From contig NW_019218266.1 of NCBI RefSeq assembly GCF_002571385.2, positions 8,843 to 72,842 of the forward strand: a stretch of 64,000 nucleotides of DNA. Reading direction: 5' to 3'. A program made the translations under genes and the position numbers. Each line of letters begins with the position of its first letter. Position 1 is the stretch's first letter. The notes beneath the pieces were generated by a model. The model was not told the DNA's origin. It saw nothing but the letters and a program-made list of their open reading frames with translations, and ran no database searches. Shown piece by piece: positions 49,635 to 61,200 of the stretch. The DNA is from Stylophora pistillata. Its lineage: Eukaryota.

Positions 49635-51596
49635 GCCGCGGAAGGAGAGGTCGAAATCATTTACATTGAAAGCAAACATACAAGCAATATGACGGACCAA
49701 AACGAACCTCGTGCGTTTAATTATTCTTTTTGCCATGGCAACTCGTGACAAATACGTTTACATGGGAAGGGGAGGGGTGGTGTCCGTTTTCTCAACTTAT
49801 CCTTAACATTTACACCTGTGGATGTCTAGGTCCAGGGTTTTAGTTTGGCGGTACAGGCGTAAGAGCGGAGCGAGCGCGAAAACGAGAGGGACTAAGGAAG
49901 GGGGCGAGTGAGGGTCCTTCCATCGCTCTTACTCCTTTCGTTACTCTTTCCCAGATGTCCTCCAAATACTAAGATGCTAGCACGGGAAGGATTTGAAGGA
50001 AAAAACTTTCGAGGTCGCGTTAAGTGAATTTGGCACCGTGTGGGGGAAATGAGCGGAAGAAAACGTATTTAAGGCTACAACCACTCTTTGACTGTCGGGA
50101 CAATAGGCTCCGTCCCTAAAAATTGTGCTTTATTGTTCATTCAGAGCGATTTGTTTGGTTACCGGAGGCTTATTCCCATCATCGTCCTACTGTTAGCCTG
50201 AAAAACCTATCTTCTACCTTGCGATAGGCGTGACGATTTCCTACAGAAAAATCAGTCATAGTTCGGGGTTCTTGTGGAAACGACAGCGAATTTCTGTCAC
50301 CGGAACATGCGGCATGAGACGTCCTCTCTGTACTGCACCACAACGAGTTTGTTTTTCACGATTACCTTCCAAAACTCGGACTTTCTTCTATACCATAGGC
50401 ATGAAGACGGTATTTTGTATTACTAGGTTGCTTTGATGGAATGAATGCCTCTTTTTGATGTGTTGTGGACTTGAACATTATTGGACAGTGTTCAGTCAAG
50501 TGGACTGTAGTCCGGATCTGGAATAGGAACGGGATCAAAACCAGTTTCCAAGGTGTCTCTTCTTTCCATGGCTGAAAGGGCCTTGGGAACGAGGTTGACA
50601 AAGAGGGGCCTAAATAGGATAAGCCTCTTGAATTGCATTCACAAATAACTGACGAGGGAATTCGGCGTTAAATTGCACGCAGAAACCGATATCAAGTGCA
50701 ATTAATACGGAATTCACGATTCAGGTAACGAATATTCCTTGAATCGCATAATTGAATAAAGATAAGAAATAAAAAGAAAACAGCAATAATATTGTTTGAT
50801 TTTATCCTGAACGCGAGACATGAGATGCGAAACAGTATCACTAAGCCTCATTTTCAACTCGCAATTCCACGCTTAGTACCTCGCTTCGTATAACCATTCA
50901 GAATATATGCGAGATTTTATTAAAATATGCGACTCTATAAGGATATGGTCTATGTAAGGTGAGCTTCTCTAAAACGCTGACGGATATGGGACCCAAACGA
51001 AGAACCCCCACAAAAACTTGGCAGAGTGACCCCTCCCTTCCACGGGAGTTAAGCGCGCGACCCAGGCCAGTAATCTACTCTAATTCGGTCGAGAAACATT
51101 TAATACTTTCAAGAGCATCATATAAAACTGAGCTTATGGGCATTTAAACATCGCATTCCTTCTAATCATGTCAAGTGTTATTACTGAGTTAAAAGCAAAG
51201 CTTCATCTCGTCACTCAAAGCCGTCTAATGGAATGTCTGCCTACTGGATCTTTATCGCTCCCAGACTAATTAATTCCAGAACCGACACATGTTATCGCAA
51301 TCAAAAACCAATTGAAAGAAATGCCAGGTTGATGCACTTGATAAAGTGGTTATGGGTTGATAATCTTGGACGTAAGCGCCGTTGTGGCTTGCTCCTTTGT
51401 CATCGAGCGTGCAAAAGGTCACTTTGCCCTCAAAGTAATTTTAAATGATGCACGAAATTAACGCGGGTTAAAATCATTTCAAGCAGTGACTGCGATGTAC
51501 AAAATCAACGAAAATCCAATCGTAAAAGACTGAGATAAAACCCTTTCTGATAGTGAACTCAATAATGGGTAATGATAAGGATGGAAGGAAAATCTC

Positions 51597-51736
51597 GGAT
51601 GGATGTCAATATCTGAGCAACTTCGCACCACCTCTCCCCTGACGGACCAAACAACAACCCTAACTTGTTAGAAGTTGACCGTTGTTAGGTTAGGGGAGGG
51701 GTAGGTGCGCAGCTGTTCAAATAATGACGTAATCCC
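51597..51736. mobile_element. Degenerate MITE
   Basis: Imperfect inverted arms gagcaact.cgcacc.cctctcccct..ccctaac / gttaggttaggggaggggtaggtgcgcagctg. Confidence 0.5.
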
Positions 51737-54700
51737 ATCACTAGTGGTCCTCGTAGGATGTATAATGCTGAAGCCATGGATGTAGAAATTGGATAGGATT
51801 GCGAAGGAAAAACGATGACGACTTTCCCTTACAATCGAATCAAGAAGGAAGAACCTTGAAGTCGTTCCCTTACAATCGTAGCTTAATACGACTTGTATGT
51901 GTCCTGGTTACGTTCAGGTAAATCACTGACAGGGCGCTACTTCGATTGAAAAGCATTGAATTGGTTTAACAGTGTGAACTTCAAGCTAAAAAATCACACG
52001 CTGTCGACCGTGTAGAAACGATCCACGACCAAGAAACACTGCGTCTGAAAAAAAATCACTTCATGGATAAACCTTTTTCGACTTGGGCGCGTGCGACTGC
52101 CAACATTTTAAATACTAGACAGCGGATTTAGAAAACGTTAACAGGAATAGAAGAATGGAAGGAAGGAAGGAGTAAATGTTCCATCCACACCTATATCTAG
52201 GAAGGAGGGGGGGAGGGGCATTCGCTTTTCTCGACTTGAAAGACCCTCATGTGATTGGCAAATGTAAATGGCACCTAAATATCGCTGGATGACGTCAACT
52301 GACTTCGTTTCGAGAGTGACAGTAGGCGCCAGGATTAGTGCAGTTTACAGGCTCATGAAGTTCACCAGCGGTTGACTTCGTGACCGGGAATTGACAGGCG
52401 CGTAGTTTCCTCTCGCAAAGCGGAAACACTTTTCTTTTCATGCACGGCAATCAACTTCTTAGAAAGCGTTTCCACATCATCTGCTCAGTTTTCTCTCCAG
52501 TTTTCTATGAGCTTACCTGAGAATAAGGAAAATGCAAAATCTTTTTAAATCTTTATGAAGAAGTTCTTCTTGTTCTGAAGTTCAATGAGTCTGGCTTCCA
52601 TATGCATTGATAGCTGCAAGAACTCATAGTGTGCAAAATGTCATTCGCTCCAGTTAGCGAGTCAGAAAACTAACTCTAATCCGTTTTTAAGTAATTTATC
52701 TCCATCCCTACCCATTTCCTTATGGTTCATTCATACATTCTTGGTCTTTGACTACTTTCACAAATCATTAAATAAAATTAATTTCTTTCTTTAAATAATT
52801 TTAATTTTAATTGCTTTCTTTAAGTAAAAGGCAATATACTAATAATTTACTGAGCCTCTTAAGCCATGAATTTCTGAGAAAGGATCTGCAAAATACTAAT
52901 CGAGGCACTTAATCCGATGAGTCTCTATAAAGCCTGAGAGAAGGCCCTTATTATCACTGCTGACCCCCTCGCTGACCTCTCGCCGGCTTGCGCTGTTCAA
53001 GGGCTCATATTTTCCCATGGCCGAAGGAACATTTTTGCTGAAGCGCTGATAATGAGGGCCAACTCGCAGGCCAGTCTCTACACGAATTATTTATTGGGTC
53101 CAGATAAAGAAAATCTGCTTTGCAGCTAAAGAAATAAATTACTAACTTTAATTTGAGCAGAATTTAAGTTCTTTGAACGAATTCACCGCCCGCGTTCTTT
53201 TTTGAATGCGGTTGTAGAAGCAGGTGTTGATCTGAAACAGGTGATTGTTTGACAAATTAGCATGTTCAACCAAAGCTGGCAGAGAGTGGTTTAACACGGC
53301 TTAAAAACTGACACAAAAACATTAGTATTCGTTTAAAATGCGTCCAAGAAATGTAAAGCATTTGTCAATGGAGAAAGTTTTTCTCGCTAAAAAAGCGATT
53401 TAAGATTCTGAACCGGCAAAAGCCATTTCCCAGATGAAGAAATCATTAAAATAACGCGATTAAGTTGAGGGTTGTTAACAAAATTGAAGTTTTTCGCGTC
53501 TTTTTGCGAAGGAAGAGCTTCAGACAACTTTTCATTAACATTCGAGGCTTTGTCATCAGAATATCGGCAAGAATAAAAACTTCTGTCGGTTTTCTTGAAT
53601 TATTCACTTTGGAAAATCAAATTGTCGCGGATGCCTTTTGCCGAATATCTGAATCCGACACGTTTGTAAATGGCTGTGTTATGCGGGTTTGTGTCCGACA
53701 GTAAGGAGCCAATTCGAACGATCAAAATCTGTGGTTGCCCATTTTCGCGCTTGGAGAGTCTCTTCGAGGCAGATGGCACAATTATGTGAATTTTGTTTGT
53801 ACCGGCTTTTCACTCTGATTGCGGCGAAATGTTCTACGTTAGTCTCGAACATGCGACTAAGTGCAAGGGTATACACCATTCTCATTAACATGCGTTAACT
53901 GTTGGGCCTTTGTTTTGAAAATCCGTATGTAAATAAACACTTGCAAATGGGAGTGTTTTGACATGTTTTAGTGACAACAACATAAGGTTTATCACGAGAT
54001 AAAGTAAATCTCGGCAACAAAAGCTTTTCCGTTTCGATCGGAGTCTTACAGCCGCCTGCTTTACTGATAGCCCTGATACTGATCGAATTCGGCGTAAAAA
54101 ATGTTCTGGCCGTCGGAAACATCTGAAATCCAATATTTAAGCGCACTGCGGTATTTCGGCGATGCCACGACTTCCTTTTGAATGTCACCGATCACGGGTT
54201 GTTCAGTTCGGCGACGACGCATTCGTGGTTGAATCGTTACGAGACTTGGAGGCGCTTTTGAGCTCATGATAGCAGTCAAAGGGAACAAAAGACAGACAAA
54301 AGATGTTCAAATTGTGCGATTTTTCCGAGTTTACATAATCCTAGTCAAACAATGGTGTGTTGAAAGTTTGGCTCGCGCCCACAAAGACTCTCCATGTCAT
54401 TGGCTTTTGTCAGAGTGCTGTCAAATTTGAACTGTCAATTCCTTTTGACAGGCGGAGTCAAATTATATCAAAAGGAGAGCGCGTAAATGTGTTGTCTTTC
54501 AACAAGCTAATTGACAACTAGCAAGGCGGCCTAAGTGGTTCTATACCGCGCGCTTTCATCCATCCACTTTGCAATTGCGTGCACCAAACTATATGCAAAT
54601 TTTGACCGCGGAATAAACTTCAGCGTTGGTTTTTAGAAAATCCGCAAAACTCCCTCTTGGATCGGTTTTTACCGTCCCGTTAAGCAGCTGGCATAGTGCA

Positions 54701-54854
54701 AAGCACCACCCACCGGGCACGTAGAAGAGTTACTTGCATAAATTTCACGCTCACGGCACCATACTTTACATAAACGTATATACACCCGGAGAAGGTGAGG
54801 AAACGAAAGAAACGACCGAGTCTTCTTGGCTTCATGAAGGCACAGATCTGCAAA

Positions 54855-57800
54855 ATGGTTCAACAGTGCGCGGGATGTGAACTGCCCATCTCCGATAAAT
54901 TTCTTCTGAAGGTTCTGGATCGCGTCTGGCATGTACAGTGTGTCCATTGCTACGACTGCAAATGTGCACTCACTAATAAATGCTTTTCCCGTGAAGGAAA
55001 GCTGTTTTGTAAGAATGATTTTTACAGGTACGTTACTCACAATCGGTCGAAATTTCACGTCCGGCAGCTGAGCTTTAGTCTTAGTCAGCTCTGCGGTAAG
55101 CAGCAAAACGATTAATTCGATCATGGTGAATATTGTACAGACTAACTACCCTGTTCTTCTTTTAAATCTTCAGGCGTTAGGGGACAAAATGCGCTGGATG
55201 TTCTTTAGGGATCTCGCCGAACGACATGGTCCGCAGAGCTAAACACTTGGTCTTTCACGTGAAATGTTTCAATTGTTCCAGCTGTAACCGGCAAATTTTG
55301 ACCGGTGATGAATTGTATTATGTTGGAGAAAGTAAATTCGTTTGTAAAGATGACTACTACCAATCAAACTTCCAGTCGAAGCAATCCGGTGAGTGCAAAA
55401 GGAATTGGTTTGTTTATTAATACACAAACGGTTATTTAATCTTAATAGATCTAATTTTTGCGTGCATGTGTACGGGTGCGTTGTATTTTTTACAGACTCG
55501 GACTCCGAAGAGAAAGATTTAAGCTATGGTTTAGACGAAGACTTAGATGTGGCGCTTGGTACCAAACGCCGCGGTCCGCGGACAACCATCAAAGCAAAGC
55601 AGCTAGAGGCACTCAAAGCAACCTTTGCCGCAACTCCGAAACCGTCGAGGAATATCCGCGAAAAACTTGCGCAGGAGACGGGGTTAAACATGCGAGTCAT
55701 TCAAGTCTGGTTTCAAAATCGTCGATCGAAAGAAAGAAGGCTCAAGCAGCAAGGAGTCGCGCAGCCAAATGCAACGCGCGCTGTACGATCAGGCCGGCGA
55801 TCAAGGAGGGCTAGAGGCGAAAACCTTGGAAACGAACCTACCCCAAACAACGAACAGTCAATCAACACATCACATATAAATTACGCAGGTAGGCTTAGAA
55901 CTAACCATGTTTACTTTTCTTCCGTGTTGCAGTTTTCTTTCAGGAAAGAAAAAAAAATCTTGCGGTTCCTATATTACACTGCACCCTTGATCGTGTATTA
56001 GACACGGCACACTTTCACCTGACAGGCAACGTGGCGGAAAATATCGCTGAAATTTAAATGGATAGCGCTCTCGAGTTTGTATTTAGAAAGCACTCGAAAC
56101 CTCTTCAACCTGATAACCAGCTACAGATCACATGACAATCTACCCTTGTGAACTGATCTGCAAAAACTTGCGCAGTTGCCCCTAGCGATGGAGAAATTTC
56201 TCAAGAACGTTTTAATCAGCGCTCCAAGATCGTGTCCCCAAGAAAGCTTCCTGATTGCTTAAGCGTTGTTGCAGATAACTCAGGGGCAAACCATCAACCG
56301 AGTGTCGCACAACTGAAACTAAAAAATGTTTCCTCAAATTTTGGCAAGTGACCAAAAGATACTAAAAATCACGAATTTGAATAACTCGAAACCAGCCTAT
56401 AAACCTCCCATTGTTTTAAAAAGGGATTATTCAACCATTTTGCCTGTCTCACAATTTTAGCACATTTATGAGAACCGACAGCTGCAGCAACAAGTTTCGT
56501 GCAGAAACAACGAAGCTTTAACACAAAATGTTCCCAGCTAAAAATAGCGTACAACATGCAACATGGAAAGACTGACATCCAACACAAGTCGGCAGGAAAT
56601 GGCGAAATGGAAATGTTATTGATCTCGAGTTTTGTTTAGTGATAAGGGATTTACAGAGGAAAAATTCGTTCATCCCTTCTTGACAAAGCCTCTGTTGTAT
56701 GTACTAACTCAGTTAAAGCATTACAAAAATTCCCAAGCCTACGTATGGTGTTTCATGTGAATTGGGCCTTTTACGATTCGCGAAATTCTGCGCTGTTCGA
56801 TATTTTCCAAAGATTTCGCGTTACTTGTAAAACAAACTCCCCACTGTTTAAACCTTCCATTCTTTAATAATTCAGAAGGTTTGGCATTTAGCTTTTGGAA
56901 GTCAAAAGCTGTTCCCATCAAAAAGCACCATCTTTCCAATCAAACGAAATCTCTAGGGGACAATTTTAATTCGTTTTTCTGCGGGAGCGAGTACAGATTT
57001 TTCTAACCACACTTTATCGAAAATTTTCTTGGGCAGAGAGTCGCACTTGTTTTTTTTTTTTTAAATGATTCGACTCAAGTGGAGGTCAGACCATTAAATT
57101 TCAACATCGATCACGAAATTGAAATCCGGCTATCTGGACTGAGCTGAATATTACTTAAAAGATCTTTGAGTGTAAATCAATCTAACGCAAAAAATACTGT
57201 TGGAAAAGAGAGACTTTTGAAATAACTATCGGATAAATAAGGAAAATTTTTTTAGGATGAGGACCAAAGAAAATTAGGGGAGGACTTTATAATTTACCAA
57301 TGAAACTCGACATTTGACTTTTTACCACCAAAGCGACTTTTTTATAAACACAATCTTACGAATTTTGCTATCGTTTTCCTGTGATCTTTCCTTCAGCTTT
57401 TTTTTTTTGTTTCTTTTGTTATAGTTATCCCGAAGACCGATATCAACGAAATGTTCACCGTCAAATGTAGTTACGTCGGGATATAAAAGCTCACATTGAA
57501 ATTCGGAAAATTCCACCTTCCATATTGTTTTTATATCTGACAAATTCGTCAAAATTTACATTCATATCTGCATATTTTGGAGTGTGCTAAGGTCCGCTTT
57601 TTTAGAAAAATATCTTTGTACACGTTAAGTGGCTTTTAAGACGGTTGAAGAGGCGCAATATTAAAGCATATCCGATAAAATGCCGCCTTCTCTTCTCATC
57701 TAATGGAAAAGCAATCCTGGGTATGAGCCTACTCAGTTTGGTGTGTCTCTCGCTATCTCTTCAAAACCACAATGAGTTTGTTTATAAAGTATAATTCAAC

Positions 57801-58239
57801 AAAAATATAGATTAAGAGAACTTTGCGAGGTATTCCGTGTTTCGTTCTATAGATAAGGCGCTCTAATGCGAATTTAAGGCTTGGTTTTATCACAGGATAA
57901 GCTTATTTGTTTGACATTTCTCACGTTTTATTTCTTTCTTTCAAACGTTTAGCTTCACAAAGTGCACATTTTCCGGCGACGGCCTTTGATGAGTTTTACA
58001 TGAAGGGTGATGTTGGCTTAGCGAGCGAAGTTTCCGCGACAATGGACAATTCTCAAATGATTCAGAATCCTGGATTTAACACTCAAGGAATAATTCCTGT
58101 TAATTCTGTCAGTCTGGATAACAGTACGGGAATACAAATGAATCATTGTGGTGTTGGTCAGAGCCCAAATGGTGGACTTTACGACACTTCAGCGGCGAGG
58201 CAACAAAACACAATACCTTCTACAGCCGAGGTTTGGTGA
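54855..58239 (+). CDS. LHX1: LIM-homeodomain transcription factor Lhx1/5 (lim1); in-frame TAG at 55178-55180 in this assembly
   Basis: Exons 54855 (or 54834)-55027, 55174-55388, 55496-55888, 57953-58239. Two LIM domains. Homeodomain [34 protein letters not shown] is diagnostic of Lhx1/5. C-terminal EVW. Confidence 0.92.
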
Positions 58240-61200
58240 AAGCATCAGTGATTCAAAGGGATTCATCCCTAAATTGTAAAGGTGCCAATGTATTGTATAG
58301 AAAGGAAAAGAAAGAGTTATTTAATGCATAGGAACAAAGCCTGCCTTCTCTCTGATAGTCTGTTCCAAGTGACTTGGAATCTGTGTAATTTTCTAATAAC
58401 AAAAAGGAACAAACGACCTCTAGCCTACGTGGCGAGCTATTTTTATTCACTCTGGCGAAACGGACCGAGAAGAACACCCAGTTATCGTTTGATCAATTAA
58501 AAATGCCGCTTGAGAGTTCGCCAGGCCATTAGGAAAGATTAAGTAAATAAAACAGTTTATTGCCTTGGGGCATAGAGCCACAACCATGTTATCTACTCAA
58601 CCTGAAGCACACAGGCTGTAAGGAAAAAAAAAAGCCGAGTAAAAATGAAAATTTATCACGAGTTATCAAACGAAATGTTGTAATATAAAGCGATTTGAGA
58701 GACAAAAAAAATTAACATAAGAGATTGTTCCCTCGAGGAACTTGTGTACGAAATTGTGAATGTCTTCAAAGCTATTTTATAATTTTAGTGTGAGCTCATT
58801 CAACCGACCGACCGATCTCAGTCGCTGAGGTGCATATAAAGTTAACATCCCTCGCCAAACACTAAGCGTAAAACATACCACAGCTAGCTACAGTGTTGAA
58901 CGAGAAATTTAATCACTTTTCTGTGACATAGAAAATAATAATAATAAAAAAATTATTATGCAACAAACTGTTTGTTCTAAAAACTTGTGACTTGAATTCA
59001 GACGAAATAAAAAGACTCTTAGTCAACAGGTGTATGTCATATGTTTATCTATACTCCTTGTTTCAGTATAACTGTTTTACACAACTCCAAAGAATTTTTC
59101 CTTACCAAGACGTTTCTCTCGTTAAAAAACACTCGCAGAAAAACATCGAAAGTTTTATTGCATCGCCTGCAAGTTGTAAACGAATTCGCGCGAATGCGAT
59201 GAGGCAATAGTCACGAACTCGGCCTTTATTTTTCGTGCACCGATAAAAACTTAGCAGTGTTAAAATTCCCTTTGTTTAGTTCGCCTTTTTGTACGTTTAT
59301 TATAAAATGAATTATTATTACAGAGTCCTTTTGAAAGCTTCCATCAAAGGCACCTTAGGAGCCTCAAGAATGCGGTAAGTGAGTTCGTACGGATAAAAAT
59401 TCGTGCAGTTTCCCGCACGATTGATTGCAAAACAAGAACGCCAAAACAAGGCTTCAAGACGGAACTGCTTTTAAAAAGACCCTGGCGGGCGGGCGTCAGC
59501 AAAGGCCAAACACATGGAACTTTCTAAAAGACCACCCAATGTTTTGCAAAACACTCTCCGGTCGATCTTTTAAAAGGCAAAGTAAGCTCATGTTTAATGT
59601 AAGAGTGTCAAGCGAAGCTTTTTAAACCAGAACACTTGAGTTGAGCAAAATCAGCGGGAGGTTGATGACTACATTTCCGTAGCACAGCCATGTAGTAGCC
59701 AGCTTTTGTTTCGTGACGACTAAGTCCCGCCTCAATCAAAGCACCGAGCAAAAAACAACGCGCTTGCCGAGCGAGGTTTTCGAACACTCCCTAGGTAGAA
59801 ATTCCGAAAAAAAAAAATTGGCTCTAAAAAGTTAAAATCAGTTGAAAGGTGTGGGTTTAACTTCGTGAATGAACAGGAAATTCAATAATTCTGTTCTAAT
59901 TGATTGTAATTTTTCAAAAACGCAACGACAAATTTATGTACATATTTAGCCTGCCCCCAAGCAGTATCCTCCATTCTTATGAGTATAAATAGCATTTACT
60001 TTGCAAATGGACAGCTCTCGCCCTACGTGAGAGAGCATGCACTTACCTTCAATTAAATCTATACCGTCAGAAATGTTTAGTCCGTGTCTGACGACAGGTG
60101 AAACTCTTGGTAAAATTTGTATCGCTAATGACAAAATTAATTCAAAATGCTTTTGCCTTTTCCTATTTTTCACTTGTTTTTATCGCGTGCAAATAAGTAG
60201 CAAGAAATGCCTCAAGCAAGATTTGACCTTCTACGCGAACATCCGGTTTTTCTCTCATTTGACTCGCATCGACCACATTTTAACAACAAAAACCCACTAA
60301 TGTTCAATTGAAAGGTAAAGTGCACTTGCCAGCTAAGTACAAGAACACCTTGCAAATTCAAATTACTCAAGGTTACATCAGCGAGCGCGGCCCTGTTAGC
60401 GTATTGAATATACTGAATCATTTATGAAATTTCCGTTGGCGTTAAAACTCATTTTTACTGTTGACGGGCAATTACAGCTCGGGTAAACATTCTTTCTCTC
60501 TTTAATTGCAAAAGAACAGGGTAAATATTAAAAAGTTCTTTAAGCGAGGCGGTTTGTTTGGTTGTGTCGACTAAGTTTAAGTGTTTTCTAATAAAAACCT
60601 CTCAAGGGACATTATTAACATTTCCTTTCATGCTTAAAAGTTTTAAGCGACATCACTCTTACTAAAAAATCCTTACCGCTGTAATTTCAAGCTTCCTTCG
60701 CTTTGAGTCCAGTAAAAGAGTTCCAACGCATGGAATTACAATATGTTTAAAGCCCTATTTCCGTTCCAAGTTGTACGCTTTCAAAAAAACTGATTCAGAA
60801 ATCATACATAAATTTCAAGCCTTGAAGCTTTTTCCACGCATTTAGCTATGTTCCACGACACAAAATTACGATGCGAAATAGCAAGCAAAATTAGTCCAGC
60901 TCTGAAATTCCATCCTAATCTTTAACGATGTTTTACATCTACAAAGTGATATTGACGGGGAAAGAAATTGTATAGAATATATTGATCGCATATAAAACTA
61001 ATGTTCAAAAGATGTGCGACTCATTCCGCACAAAATTGAAAGAACTCTGACATATTAGTATTGTGAATGAAAAAAAAAAATGTCAGGTTTTTCTTCCCTA
61101 CAGGCGAAGCCAATCTTAATTTTCCCCACTAACCATTAAGCCTTCTTAATCTAACTTAAACAATTGCGTCTCGTGTTTTGGAAAAAAGGATAATCTACAA

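Noticed and set aside
52332-54341. Otx-type TAATCC site cluster upstream of Lhx1/5
   Set aside because: Four sites in 2 kb is not clearly above chance in AT-rich DNA.
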